A DNA stretch of 43,708 bases, from positions 1 through 43,708 of the IMG/VR virus record IMGVR_UViG_3300021066_000028. The stretch is one strand, 5' to 3'. The stretch comes from a virus (taxonomy: Duplodnaviria; Caudoviricetes). Position 1 is the first letter of the stretch. Each line of letters starts with the position of its first letter. The notes under the pieces were generated by a model that saw nothing but the letters and a program-made list of their open reading frames with translations, did no database searches and was not told the origin of the DNA. Shown here piece by piece: positions 1 through 9,838 of this stretch. The position numbers were made by a program, and so were the translations under genes.

Positions 1-206
1 ACATCGGTCAGCACTGCGCCTGTAGCAAAATCCCAACTTACACCGTTTTTTAAGAGATTTGTTCCTGAATATTCACCTGGTGAGACAAAAATCGTCTTCC
101 CGGTGATGGCGCCTGCTTTTGCGGTCTCTAGAACCCCTGCGGAGGATCCTGGGACAATGATCGTGTTAACGCCAAGTCCGACGTCGTATCGAGAGGTTGC
201 GCTCAT
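1..206 (-). CDS. Virion/tail-spike-like protein, N-terminal part (truncated by window edge)
   Basis: ATG at 206 overlaps the stop of the upstream gene; frame open to the edge: MSATSRYDVGLGVNTIIVPGSSAGVLETAKAGAITGKTIFVSPGEYSGTNLLKNGVSW (beta-helix-like 'TIFVSPGEY'). Confidence 0.5.
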   Translation of the reverse strand, partial: MSATSRYDVGLGVNTIIVPGSSAGVLETAKAGAITGKTIFVSPGEYSGTNLLKNGVSWDFATGAVLTD

Positions 207-607
207 TAGGGTGGCACCACTGGGGTGTCGTAGGCTACCAGCGCGGAGCCTGCGGTGATCGTGTAGTTGATTGTAACGGATGAAACCGCGCCATCGTAGC
301 CACCTCCGCTCACCGAGGCACCGACGGGCACCGTTGCGCCCTCCACAGCCACCGTGCCGGATAGAGCCGTGATGCTCCAACCAAGCACACCCTGCGGAAT
401 GCTTCCGTTGGTCGTAGCGTTCGTGATCGTGCTGGAGTACTGCGTTGCTGTTCCCGCAGACGACCCCGCGTCGATCACCTTCAGCGCCACCTCGCCAGTC
501 TCTGACTTGCCTAGCGGCAGCGCCGCCAGCGTCATCATCGACTGTCCGTTTACCGTGGCAGACGTCGAGTTATTGCTCGTGTCTAGGATTTTACTGACGT
601 CGGACAT
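206..607 (-). CDS. Putative virion structural protein (133 aa)
   Basis: Likely start MSDVSKILD at 607, just after the upstream stop; Thr/Gly/Ser-rich beta-type composition; lies in the structural operon. Confidence 0.55.
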   Translation of the reverse strand: MSDVSKILDTSNNSTSATVNGQSMMTLAALPLGKSETGEVALKVIDAGSSAGTATQYSSTITNATTNGSIPQGVLGWSITALSGTVAVEGATVPVGASVSGGGYDGAVSSVTINYTITAGSALVAYDTPVVPP

Positions 608-611
608 GAGA

Positions 612-1040
612 TTACAGCCCGGTCGTCGTGGAAGTGTTGACCGGAGTAAGGGTGAGGAGGAGTGTCGTGACGCCTGCGCCGTTCGGAGTTCCGCCCTGTT
701 TGTAATACAGGTCCGTGTCCGCGGTGAGCCGATACTTACCAACGGCGTTTGCCGCTGGCAGGAACGTGCCACCGGTCGCGGCCGTCGCGGTAGACGCCCC
801 GTTGATGATCTGAGTTGCCGTCGCATCGACTCCGACGCTCATGGTGGGAGTGGTTCCGCCGTCCGCGGTGCTGACGCAGATCTGCGCCTCCACGATGACT
901 GGGCGATCTGTGCTGGCTTGGACTCGCGCGAACTTCGCCGCGACCGTAGAACTGGTCCCAGACACGACAAACGTCAGCGCAACAGGAATGTCGCACAGCC
1001 GACCATATGCCGGCCCTTGGATTTTTGTAGCCGATCCCAT
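612..1040 (-). CDS. Putative virion structural/head protein (142 aa)
   Basis: Immediately downstream of the major capsid gene; Thr/Gly/Ala-rich. Confidence 0.55.
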   Translation of the reverse strand: MGSATKIQGPAYGRLCDIPVALTFVVSGTSSTVAAKFARVQASTDRPVIVEAQICVSTADGGTTPTMSVGVDATATQIINGASTATAATGGTFLPAANAVGKYRLTADTDLYYKQGGTPNGAGVTTLLLTLTPVNTSTTTGL

Positions 1041-1052
1041 GTGCGTAATCGG

Positions 1053-2030
1053 CTACGTTCCTGCGGCGACCATGCCGCGATAGTGCTTGTCCCAGCCGAC
1101 GCCGAACTGCGTGCGGCAAGTCGTGACGTAAGCGTGCGGATTGATCGGACCAACTGCGGCGAGTGGCGTAACGCTGTAGTCCTCAAGGTTCAGGAGGCGC
1201 AGCGGGTAGCTCTGCTCACCGGTGGGAACAATGATGAACCACTTGGTGGTGCTGGTCAGCCAGTTCAGTGCGACGTGACGGAGGCGAATGTTCGCGCCCT
1301 TGAGCACGTTCGTGGCGCGGTTCGCCGTGTCTGGCCGATCGACGCTCATGCAGATTTCATCCGCGGCCATGCCGTAAGCTGGGTTGGCTGTCGGGGTGAC
1401 GATGATGAACTCGGGGCCGTAGCTGACAAAGTTCGTGTTCGCGAAATCCTTCAGTCGGCGCAGGTACTGATTGATGATCAGGTAGACCGTCTCCGGATTC
1501 GGGGGCACACCGACGTTGTAGTAGTTGCTGAAGGTGCCGGACCCATCCTCGTAGTAGTGGCCCGTGGAGAACGGCGCACGCGCGGTACCGTCGAACTCGG
1601 TGATGTTCGTGGTGAGCCCGTTCGTGAACCCATTGTTGAAGCCGAGGTCGATCGCCGTCTTATCCTTCAGGCTCACGGTGGAGCGCATCATGTCCCGCGC
1701 GTTGTCGAGCGGTTCCTTGTAGACCGCCGTCCGCATGAAGGTCTCTTCGATGGACACCTGCGAGCGGTAGCTCTTGACGTAGATCGTGCTCTTGTAGCCT
1801 TTGGTGGGCGCAAATTGCGGCGCCGGCTCCTGGTCGCGGTTGAGCCGCGGGAAGCTCAGGCCCTGGATGGCCTGGCGCTCGTTGGTGAGGCGGTCGGTCG
1901 CTTCGACGCGCGCGATCTGGCTGTGCTCGTTCGGGCTGTCGCGGAAGATATACCGCTCCATGCTCTGTAGGTTGCGGTTGTAAGCTTCGACGTAGCCCTC
2001 GACCACGATTGGTGATTGTCCGTTTGCCAT
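1053..2030 (-). CDS. Major capsid protein (HK97 fold, 325 aa)
   Basis: Size, position after the scaffold, and capsid-like segments (FDGTARAPFSTGH, LNWLTSTTKWF, C-terminal FGVGWDKHYRGMVAAG). Confidence 0.8.
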   Translation of the reverse strand: MANGQSPIVVEGYVEAYNRNLQSMERYIFRDSPNEHSQIARVEATDRLTNERQAIQGLSFPRLNRDQEPAPQFAPTKGYKSTIYVKSYRSQVSIEETFMRTAVYKEPLDNARDMMRSTVSLKDKTAIDLGFNNGFTNGLTTNITEFDGTARAPFSTGHYYEDGSGTFSNYYNVGVPPNPETVYLIINQYLRRLKDFANTNFVSYGPEFIIVTPTANPAYGMAADEICMSVDRPDTANRATNVLKGANIRLRHVALNWLTSTTKWFIIVPTGEQSYPLRLLNLEDYSVTPLAAVGPINPHAYVTTCRTQFGVGWDKHYRGMVAAGT

Positions 2031-2068
2031 ATGGTAAGTCGGTTAGGTGTTGTGGCTGGGTTGGTGAA

Positions 2069-2614
2069 TTACTGGATTCCGGCTTCGATCACCTTGACGA
2101 GCACACGCCCATTGAAGTCGTCCGACGCATCGCCGTCCGGATACTTGGTGCTCACGTAGGTATCGACTACCTGGAACATGTTCTTGGCGGCCGTGCCGCT
2201 GTCCGAGGCGTCGAGCGCCACACAGCCGGTATCGACGCTCGCCAGATAGCGGGCAGAATACTTGGTGCCGACCGTGACGTTCCCGATCGTGGTGCTGCCA
2301 GAGCCGACCGTGCCGGACCCGTCGGTGATGTTCATAATGAACAGCGTGCCTTCGCTCGGATCGATGACGCTGTGCAGCTCGTTCCACGGCGCTGTGTAGG
2401 GCTCCGAGGTCGAAGTGTGGCTATCATCCGGCGTGAGGCCGTAGATTCCGGTATCGTCGGCGACATAAGCGGCGAGATTGCCGCTGGACATTTTGACGAA
2501 TTGGCCACCCGTGAAGGTGTTGGATCCGTCGCTCTGTTGAGGCCGGGTTTTGATGTAGGCCGCACCCGGCGCTGCGAAAACGCGCGGGCGGCTAATGGGT
2601 GCTTGGACTGCCAT
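2069..2614 (-). CDS. Putative capsid decoration/cement protein (181 aa)
   Basis: Directly upstream of the capsid gene; 'TFTGGQFVKMSSGNL...GIYG' and C-terminal 'GRVLVKV' pattern typical of such proteins. Confidence 0.55.
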   Translation of the reverse strand: MAVQAPISRPRVFAAPGAAYIKTRPQQSDGSNTFTGGQFVKMSSGNLAAYVADDTGIYGLTPDDSHTSTSEPYTAPWNELHSVIDPSEGTLFIMNITDGSGTVGSGSTTIGNVTVGTKYSARYLASVDTGCVALDASDSGTAAKNMFQVVDTYVSTKYPDGDASDDFNGRVLVKVIEAGIQ

Positions 2615-2620
2615 GGTAGT

Positions 2621-3055
2621 TTATCGGTCGGTGGTTTGGATTGATTCGGTGAGTTCCGAGCGCAGGGAGAGCATGCCGCTCGCATCCATGCGGTTCTTCA
2701 GATCGCCCGCCTCAAGGAACGTCCGGCACACTTCGGTGCTCTCGGCGGCCTCCTTCGCGGTCTTCTGATCGGCGAGTTCCTTCGGGCAAACCATCTCGCG
2801 CAGCGTTACGCCGGCATACTTGATGTCGTGCGTCTTGCCGCCTTTTCCCTTGAACTCTTCGTACTTCAGGAACTCGCGGCCCATCGTTCCAACGGGAATA
2901 CCCGTATTGGTGAGCTCATCCACGGTCGGCCAGCGACCATCGGTGTCACCGTCGACTGCCGCCCAAATGACCGACTTCTGCGACAGGTCGGCCTGCGGCT
3001 TGAATCGGCCATAGGCTTGCTGGGCGCGCGGTTTTGCGTCTGTTGCGAGTGCCAT
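2621..3055 (-). CDS. Hypothetical head-module protein (144 aa)
   Basis: Tightly packed between the scaffold and decoration genes. Confidence 0.55.
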   Translation of the reverse strand: MALATDAKPRAQQAYGRFKPQADLSQKSVIWAAVDGDTDGRWPTVDELTNTGIPVGTMGREFLKYEEFKGKGGKTHDIKYAGVTLREMVCPKELADQKTAKEAAESTEVCRTFLEAGDLKNRMDASGMLSLRSELTESIQTTDR

Positions 3056-3058
3056 GTG

Positions 3059-3874
3059 TTAGGATTGCTGTTGCTGAATTGGAATGCCGGTGTACTGCGC
3101 CATATCGGCGGCTAGTTTGTCGGCTACTGGGTTTGCGGGTCTCTGGGTAACTGCCGGTGCGGGGCGGAACCCCGTCGACTGCGGCCCAAGGAGGCCCGGG
3201 AAATTGAAATGCTGCGTAGGCTGGCTTGGCTGTCCTGGTTGTTGCGCGGCCCATGGTTTGTGTTTGTCCATGTAGGCGAGCTTCGCGATCTCGACCGCAT
3301 ATGCGGGATTCACTAACTCGGGTTGGCCGCTGAGGGCTGCCTGTTGGAGTGCTTGATGCACCTGTGTCTGCACGTCGGTGTCGGCAAACAACATCCCGTA
3401 ACCGGGATCTGCCATCGCGCTTTGAAGAACATGCGAGGTCTGCGTTGTCGCTTGGAGTGTCTGCTGCGCCGCATGCAACTGCTGCATGAGCGGCTGAGTC
3501 TTCCGATTGACGTAGTCAACCATCGCTCGCGCGTCCTTCTCGTCGTAGCCTTGTCCGACCCAATACTTCACGTCTTCTGCGACAGGGTCGGCTTGGGGCT
3601 GCTGGGCTCCTACGACCGCGCGGAGCTGTTGCTGCGCTTTGTCGAAGTTGCTTTGATAGAAGCGCGCGCTTTCTGCGTTCTTCTTCGCCTCCGCTTCGAG
3701 TGTGGCTAGCTTCTGCTGAAGTTCCGCGAGTTGCGGGTTTTCCTGCTTTGGCTGCTCGCCCAGTGCGGGCGGTGGCGGTGGCGTATTCGGGGCCTGTGGT
3801 TGTCCCGCTGGCGCTGGATTCCCCGATTGGGGTTGACCCTCGCTAGGCGGAAGCCCGGCTGCTTGTGTGCTCAT
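3059..3874 (-). CDS. Capsid scaffolding protein (271 aa)
   Basis: Pro/Gln-rich N-terminus, coiled-coil middle, position between portal and capsid. Confidence 0.65.
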   Translation of the reverse strand: MSTQAAGLPPSEGQPQSGNPAPAGQPQAPNTPPPPPALGEQPKQENPQLAELQQKLATLEAEAKKNAESARFYQSNFDKAQQQLRAVVGAQQPQADPVAEDVKYWVGQGYDEKDARAMVDYVNRKTQPLMQQLHAAQQTLQATTQTSHVLQSAMADPGYGMLFADTDVQTQVHQALQQAALSGQPELVNPAYAVEIAKLAYMDKHKPWAAQQPGQPSQPTQHFNFPGLLGPQSTGFRPAPAVTQRPANPVADKLAADMAQYTGIPIQQQQS

Positions 3875-3919
3875 TGCGTTATTTATTAAGACATGTCAAC
3901 CTTTTCTTTTGCGCCGGGT

Positions 3920-4162
3920 TCACTTCGGCGTGATCGCCTGTTGGGCGACAAACTCGTTCACTGCATCCACAACACTAGGGATGCCCTTCTCCCAAAATTG
4001 GATTTCCGCCTGGAGTTCCTTGATCCTCATCGCCTCCATCGGATTCGCCTCCTTCAGTTGCTTTACCGCCTTGGCGGATCGCTCAGCGCAGAGGGCGCGA
4101 AACCCGGACTGCCATCCTTCGCGCACGAAGGCCGCCAACGTGGATTTCTCGGGAACGATCAT
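3920..4162 (-). CDS. Hypothetical protein (80 aa)
   Basis: ATG at 4162 in an ATGA overlap with the upstream stop; helical. Confidence 0.5.
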   Translation of the reverse strand: MIVPEKSTLAAFVREGWQSGFRALCAERSAKAVKQLKEANPMEAMRIKELQAEIQFWEKGIPSVVDAVNEFVAQQAITPK

Positions 4163-4515
4163 GCCGCCACCTTTCTCCGCTCGTTTTCCACCATGATTTC
4201 CAACTCTGCCTTCGGTAAACGGCACAACGTGCGACCCTGAAACTCGAAGTTATCCCCCGACGTCCCGGTGTAGATCACTTCCGTTCCAGCCGGCAGATAA
4301 CCAAAGCGGTGTGGGCGGAACTCGTAGCCGTCACACACCACCATCGCGTTGTTGCTTGCCTCCTCGGGGCGCCAGAGATCACCGCGGTTCCCGAATGGAG
4401 CAAACTCCACAATCACGAATCCCGGTATGGCTTTCGGTCGCGGCACCGGTGGAATCCAGTTCGACTTCCACTTTTCGTAGGCCTCGTCCGGTTTGCTTCC
4501 TTGCTGGTAGTCCAT
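4159..4515 (-). CDS. GroES/Cpn10-like co-chaperonin (118 aa)
   Basis: Start MDYQQG at 4515, right after the portal stop; KAIPGFVIVE..GDLWRPEE..AMVVCDG..LPAGTEVIY..GDNFEFQGRTLCRLPKAELEIMVE follows the Cpn10 strand pattern. Confidence 0.55.
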   Translation of the reverse strand: MDYQQGSKPDEAYEKWKSNWIPPVPRPKAIPGFVIVEFAPFGNRGDLWRPEEASNNAMVVCDGYEFRPHRFGYLPAGTEVIYTGTSGDNFEFQGRTLCRLPKAELEIMVENERRKVAA

Positions 4516-4517
4516 GG

Positions 4518-6875
4518 CTAACCTTGCGCGTTCTGGCTGAGTTGACCGGCGTTCGCAGCGGGCTCCCGCTGTTTGCCGGGCTGATCTTGTTGTTGCGGGG
4601 GATTCAGAAGCTGTTGCTCGGCGATCTGCTGCTGCAGTTGCATCATCTGCTGCTGCACCGAGAGGTGCGTCTGCCACATGATCCGCTGTTGCATGAGCGG
4701 CATGTTTTGCGGGGCGTGCTTTTGCCAGTAGGGGTCTTTCAGCGCGCCGTTGAACACCTGCAGGTAAATCTCGTGCGGGTCGTCGGGTGTCGGCGGAGTC
4801 AGATTTCCATCGCCAAGAATCTGGCTGACGATCTGCATTCCTTCGTCCGTCGCCTTCTGCATCCCGCCATCCGGCACGCGGATGTCCGTAATGCCCATCA
4901 TGGGCAGCAGCTTGTTCCAAAGCTGCGGGCGAACCGCCTGCATCGCGGGGTCGTTCGCGCTCGATTCAAGGATGTAGCGAATGTTCTGTTGAGCCGCTAG
5001 TTTGGCGAAGAACTCCTTCCCGACGGCGGTGAACATCCGCACCTTCCCGAAATACTCCCGACCCGTGACCCGCCGGATGTAATCGCGATCGCCAAATAGC
5101 TCGAGGTTCCGGAGCGCCTTTCTCGCCCATCCACCCATCATCTGCCGGTTGAACCGGTCGGTCATCAGGACGAGCGGGTTCTTGGCTGCTTCGGTCGCCT
5201 CGCCGACCTCCAGAGCTGAACGACGGCCAGCCGCTAAGAGTCCCTGAAGAGTCGGCGTGACGCCGAAGATTTGCTCGATCTGATCCTCCTTGCGTTGGAT
5301 CTGCGGGAGAAGAGTAACGGTCTCGTCGTATTGGCCTGCGTCGAAACGCTCGATTTCCCGCGGGTCGCTCTCGTAGGTGACCTTGAGGTTTGGGGCGTTG
5401 AAGTCCTGGATCTTCCCAGCTGGACTGTCCTCCTTCACCTTCGTGCCGCGGTAGACGACCTTGTTCTTGCTGTCCTCGAACTGAGTTTCGCACGTCGTCA
5501 GTTGCTCCGTGGCGATCAGCGCGATTTCCGACTTCGACATCGGAATACTGGTCGAATCGTCTTCGATCAGATCAGCCGCGTTGAGCAGCGGAATCGTGAA
5601 GCCGGCCGGGAACTCCTGGATGCGCAGGCACACGGCGCCCGTTGCCATGCCGCCGTAGAAGTCGACGAAGTATCGCTTCAGCGGCAAATACACGCGCCCG
5701 GTGCCCTGACACGTCGGACAGGTGATCGCCGGCGCGAACTGGCCGGTAGGCGTGCGTTGCGTGAGCTTGCCCGTTCCTTCGCAATGCGGGCATTCGACAC
5801 CTTCATTCTTCGCATCCAGCGTGCCATCAGGCCCGATGCGCAGGAGCGGGAAAGCGCGCCAGAGTTGCCGAACCCGCTGGGTGCGCCAACCCCCGCCAGT
5901 CTGGTCGCTGATGTTATAGCGATTCTTCAGCCGGTCGCGCAGCGGACCTTCGTCCTGTTGCGAAAGCGCGTAGTGATTCTTGGTCTCCTGGATGGCCAGA
6001 TCAACGTTTTGCCAGCCGAACGGATTCGCCTCTTCGTCGTACCGGTGATCGAGCAGTTCCGCCTGGGTGATGTGCTGCCGCACGATCGGGCAGGGCTGGC
6101 GATCGACCGGATTCACCGGAACGAGCGGGTCAACCAGAACATCATCCACGGCCAGCGGGATGAAGTGCGTCTTCATCTCGGCAACGCGCCGCTCCGGCAT
6201 CTGCATCATGCCAGGCGCGACCATCTGCGCGGACGGGAACTGTTGCAGAACCGCTTGCGCCTGCATCTCGTCCTCAACCATCCATTGCGCGACGACGTTC
6301 TCGTAGCGCATCTCAAAATCCGTCAGCGCCCATGAGAGTCCATATTTTCCGAAGCTACCGGCGCTCCGTCGATATCCGCTGCGGAGGTCGATTTCTTCCG
6401 CGGTCGTGCGGAGAATGGTGTTCGCCGCAAGACAGCTTTGCTCCGTCGGGCGGTAGAAATCGCCCTCGATCACGTCCTCTGGAACTTCCGCGCGGACCGG
6501 CAAGCCGTCCTCCCACGAAATCTGCTCCATGATGTTCGTGATGGCGTGCATCTGCTGGAACGGCTTCACGCTCTGGCCGCGGGCCGATTTGCCATCCAGC
6601 AGCGCCGGGTTGACGGTCTGAAGGCTCTGCTTCGTCAGGTTCGGCATCACCAAATCCCGCGCCGCAAACCTGGCCCGCCACATGTTGTCGATCTGGCGCC
6701 AAGTGTTCCAAAACGGCTGCGCCAAGTAGAGCTGCGGATACCAAAACTCCTGCGTCACATACTGCGTGACCGCAGCCGCAAGCTCCTCGTTATCAGCCAG
6801 ATTAGGTCCGATGACGACGCGGCTTTCATCCGTCGCTGGACGAATCTCCGGGTCCGGAATCGCTGTGGCCGTCAT
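4518..6875 (-). CDS. Portal protein (P22-like size, 785 aa) with an internal CxxCxGxG Zn-finger
   Basis: Follows the terminase; portal-like segments (DVLVDP, IEQIFGVTPTLQG..RRSALEV, DDPHEIYL), Gln-rich C-terminal tail. Confidence 0.8.
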   Translation of the reverse strand: MTATAIPDPEIRPATDESRVVIGPNLADNEELAAAVTQYVTQEFWYPQLYLAQPFWNTWRQIDNMWRARFAARDLVMPNLTKQSLQTVNPALLDGKSARGQSVKPFQQMHAITNIMEQISWEDGLPVRAEVPEDVIEGDFYRPTEQSCLAANTILRTTAEEIDLRSGYRRSAGSFGKYGLSWALTDFEMRYENVVAQWMVEDEMQAQAVLQQFPSAQMVAPGMMQMPERRVAEMKTHFIPLAVDDVLVDPLVPVNPVDRQPCPIVRQHITQAELLDHRYDEEANPFGWQNVDLAIQETKNHYALSQQDEGPLRDRLKNRYNISDQTGGGWRTQRVRQLWRAFPLLRIGPDGTLDAKNEGVECPHCEGTGKLTQRTPTGQFAPAITCPTCQGTGRVYLPLKRYFVDFYGGMATGAVCLRIQEFPAGFTIPLLNAADLIEDDSTSIPMSKSEIALIATEQLTTCETQFEDSKNKVVYRGTKVKEDSPAGKIQDFNAPNLKVTYESDPREIERFDAGQYDETVTLLPQIQRKEDQIEQIFGVTPTLQGLLAAGRRSALEVGEATEAAKNPLVLMTDRFNRQMMGGWARKALRNLELFGDRDYIRRVTGREYFGKVRMFTAVGKEFFAKLAAQQNIRYILESSANDPAMQAVRPQLWNKLLPMMGITDIRVPDGGMQKATDEGMQIVSQILGDGNLTPPTPDDPHEIYLQVFNGALKDPYWQKHAPQNMPLMQQRIMWQTHLSVQQQMMQLQQQIAEQQLLNPPQQQDQPGKQREPAANAGQLSQNAQG

Positions 6876-6953
6876 CCGGGCGGACCATGCGACCTCTATT
6901 TACTTAGGTCAAGTGTAATATCACGTTACATTGATTTTCAATGTCTTTGATAT

Positions 6954-8897
6954 TCAAGCTGCTCGCCTGGATCGGAGTTCGTTCGGATCGACCCACTTGA
7001 GCTTGCTGCAGCAGAGGTACCCCAAGCAGTCGGGGATCTCGTCCGCTCTCCGGTCTGGTTTGCCGGTTGGTTCGCCCTTGTAGGCGCCGGTCGTCTTCTG
7101 CTCCCACAGATAACGCTCAAGAACCGTGATCGTCTTCGGGCAGTCCATCGTGACGTAGAGGCGGTAACCGTAAGGGTGATCCGCCGTCCGTTGCGCCGGG
7201 TTGAGGTGCTGCCGGGTCATGTCTGGGCGGAAAAGGCCGTTCACAAAGTCACAGCGCGCTTCCGGCATCGCGTTGCTGGCACGCTCCAGCTTCAGCCCTT
7301 CCCGGGCGTAATTGTCGACCCACGAATCAAGCGGGTGGTTCGGATCCCGGCGGAAAATCTTGGAGTCCGCAAAGGTCTTCCGGATGAACATGCGGACCAT
7401 CTTTTCCCGGTGCCGGCGCACCTTGTTCCCGGTCGCCTCTTCGCGCTGCCGGTCCTTCAACAGGTCGGGCGCATACTGCGCGGCGAGCTCGTAGGCCTCT
7501 TCCGTGACCTTGTCGACCGCATGCAGCACCGGCTCTCGCTCGTTTCCGCTAAAGGCAATGATCCGCTGGCAACGCTCCGGAATGCTGGCGTTGCTCTCCA
7601 GGTATTCCTTAAAGACGACGTATTCACCGGTCCTGAGGATCGCAGCCCAGAGACAGCCCGTCGGATGGGCAAGCCCCTCGTCAAATCCGCGGATGATGTT
7701 CGCGTCCCGAAAGACCTCCATCCACGACTGATTCGGGACTGCCTTTCCTTCGATCGCATCGAGCACGTCAGCGCCAGTGATCGGAAGGACATGGCGATCC
7801 CGTTTAAAGGCGCTGAACACCGCAGGTGAAGAATCAAAGAACCCACCCTCCAGCGACACCCGGCCGAGTTCGCCCATCCTCTCCGCGTTCTGCCGGCGGA
7901 TCTCCTTCATGGTTTTATCCATGATGTAGTCCGGCGTATCGAGTGTTTTGGAGAACAGGAACTTGGTCTTCCCAACCAGGTTCCGCTCTCCGTAGTAGAC
8001 ATCCCGGGCGATCTGCGCGCGCTCAGCCACGTTAGCGGCCTCACGGGGCGTGTATGCCCACATGATCATCCGTGAACGCATGATGATTTCCTCGAGTTTA
8101 TCAAGCGGCGGCCCTTCATCCAGCAGGGCGAGGAACACTTCTTCGCCCGACCAGCTCTGCACATCGGAGTTGTAAAGCTTCCCTGAAAGTCGCGTGTCCC
8201 AAACCGTCTCGAAGTATTTGTCCGAGATGGACCACTTGTATTCCTTCCCCTGCCGCTTGACGTACTTCAGCGGCATCAGTCGGCGATAGGTGCGATCGAG
8301 TTTGTTCTTCCAGTGGTCCTCGTCGACGCATCCGTGCCAGATGTTCTTTCCAGAAACGGGCGGCTCGTCGTCGCTGTAGACCAGCCGTTGATTTCGCTGC
8401 CAGTAGTCCCAAATCGGCCGGCGAAAAATGCGATACTTGCCGCGGCCCAGGTGATCCTCGTGCTCCTGAAAGATCGGCCAGTCTGAAGTGTTCGGCACCA
8501 TCCAGAGCACCGCGCTCATCAGTGTGGCAAACGTCTTGTTCGACCGCATGCCTCCGAAGTTGCACACGCTCTGGTAACCCATCGGAGCCACGTCCGGCTC
8601 ATACTCCGGGCTCCATGCGTTCATCATCTGCGCCTGCTCATAGGTCGGAACAAAGAACGCAATCGGACAATCGCCGCGGGCCTGGTCGATCACTTTTTGC
8701 TCTACGACTTCGATACGGTCAGTGAGCTCCTGCAATATCTTCAGGTCCTCGTTTAGCCGGTGCGGATGCGCTAGAACCAACTCCTCGAAACGCTCCCGCT
8801 CCTGGATGAGCGCCGAAAGCGGCTTCTTCTTAAGCCCATCCTTCCACGACCGCCGGTAAGCGGCCATCTCTGCCAGTTCGGCGTCCCGGTCAACCAT
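6954..8897 (-). CDS. terL: Terminase large subunit (647 aa)
   Basis: Walker A-like GGMRSNKT, Walker B ALLDE, coupling motif YTP, nuclease GFDEGLAHPT and DEIPDCLGY. Confidence 0.85.
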   Translation of the reverse strand: MVDRDAELAEMAAYRRSWKDGLKKKPLSALIQERERFEELVLAHPHRLNEDLKILQELTDRIEVVEQKVIDQARGDCPIAFFVPTYEQAQMMNAWSPEYEPDVAPMGYQSVCNFGGMRSNKTFATLMSAVLWMVPNTSDWPIFQEHEDHLGRGKYRIFRRPIWDYWQRNQRLVYSDDEPPVSGKNIWHGCVDEDHWKNKLDRTYRRLMPLKYVKRQGKEYKWSISDKYFETVWDTRLSGKLYNSDVQSWSGEEVFLALLDEGPPLDKLEEIIMRSRMIMWAYTPREAANVAERAQIARDVYYGERNLVGKTKFLFSKTLDTPDYIMDKTMKEIRRQNAERMGELGRVSLEGGFFDSSPAVFSAFKRDRHVLPITGADVLDAIEGKAVPNQSWMEVFRDANIIRGFDEGLAHPTGCLWAAILRTGEYVVFKEYLESNASIPERCQRIIAFSGNEREPVLHAVDKVTEEAYELAAQYAPDLLKDRQREEATGNKVRRHREKMVRMFIRKTFADSKIFRRDPNHPLDSWVDNYAREGLKLERASNAMPEARCDFVNGLFRPDMTRQHLNPAQRTADHPYGYRLYVTMDCPKTITVLERYLWEQKTTGAYKGEPTGKPDRRADEIPDCLGYLCCSKLKWVDPNELRSRRAA

Positions 8898-9231
8898 GAG
8901 TGCCCAGTCTTCGCCGCTGATCTCCCGCCATCTTCCAGAATTCGTTACTCACGAGAATCCGGGCCTCATGGTCTTCGGCGTATCTGAGACTATAGCAATT
9001 CTCTGGGAACGATGGTGCGTTCTCTCCTAACTCATGGCCGAATTCACGTTTGATCCAGCCAGGATTATCAAACCGGAAAACGTCGCCATTTCTAAGAATC
9101 GCCACGCCACCCATCGGAGAGCTGTGATAGTATATGGCCGTAACATCGGCGCGCCTGGGGTGACGCGGGATGGCAGTCCCGGTGAGCGGGGCTAAAAGGA
9201 TTGCGAGGAAGGAGCGTCTACTTGTTTTCAT
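8890..9231 (-). CDS. Hypothetical protein with a twin-Arg-like leader (113 aa)
   Basis: MKTSRRSFLAILLAPL N-terminus; overlaps neighbours at both ends. Confidence 0.45.
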   Translation of the reverse strand: MKTSRRSFLAILLAPLTGTAIPRHPRRADVTAIYYHSSPMGGVAILRNGDVFRFDNPGWIKREFGHELGENAPSFPENCYSLRYAEDHEARILVSNEFWKMAGDQRRRLGTHG

Positions 9232-9838
9232 TGGAATGCGAGTCTAGCGCCTTTGCGATCAGTTCCGGATTGAGCCCCTTCGCTAGCAACCGCTGCGCAA
9301 CATTGCTGCCGCCCTCTTTCTCCCTGTCCGCGCGGTTTTGGATGAGGATTTGCACTGTGCCGACGTCGACATGGTTAGTCGTTCCGCCGGCAACTGACTT
9401 GTTATCCAGATTCAGCGCGTTGTCGGTCATACCCTTCGCGATCGCGAGCTTGGTCTTCGGATCCATCTTTGCCGCCTTCATGGGGTCGTTGAGGTCATCC
9501 ATCAGCCCGTCGAGCGCCGCATTCGCGATCACGAGGGACTTCGTGCCCATCATCTGCCGCGCATCCTCGATGGTCACCTTTCCCATGTTGTAGCAGCGGG
9601 TGACATCACCAAACGGGATTGCCCATCGCGCAGCAATCTTCGTCTGCGTCTCCTTCGTCGCCTTCCGCATCACGAGGTCACCGAGTACGCCTTCGGCCTG
9701 CCAACGCTCGATGCCGAGCTTCGACATGATCGCTTCTACCGACTCGTTATAGGTCGGCGGCTTCGCGTCCCGGAGGTCGAACCTCGGCGATGGATGGGAG
9801 ACGATTTCAGCGTCTGCTGTTTGTGTATCTTTGCTCAT
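9218..9838 (-). CDS. Putative terminase small subunit (206 aa)
   Basis: Start MSKDTQ at 9838; HTH-like segment (TQTKIAARWAIPFGDV), helical body, upstream of terL. Confidence 0.45.
   Translation of the reverse strand: MSKDTQTADAEIVSHPSPRFDLRDAKPPTYNESVEAIMSKLGIERWQAEGVLGDLVMRKATKETQTKIAARWAIPFGDVTRCYNMGKVTIEDARQMMGTKSLVIANAALDGLMDDLNDPMKAAKMDPKTKLAIAKGMTDNALNLDNKSVAGGTTNHVDVGTVQILIQNRADREKEGGSNVAQRLLAKGLNPELIAKALDSHSNENK

Noticed and set aside
354-1970. 538-aa + strand ORF
   Set aside because: Antisense shadow of the capsid-region genes caused by GC-rich codon bias; no recognisable motifs.
5271-8725. Several long + strand ORFs opposite the portal and terminase genes (similarly opposite dnaB and the 1272-aa gene)
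   Set aside because: Antisense shadows of well-supported minus-strand genes.
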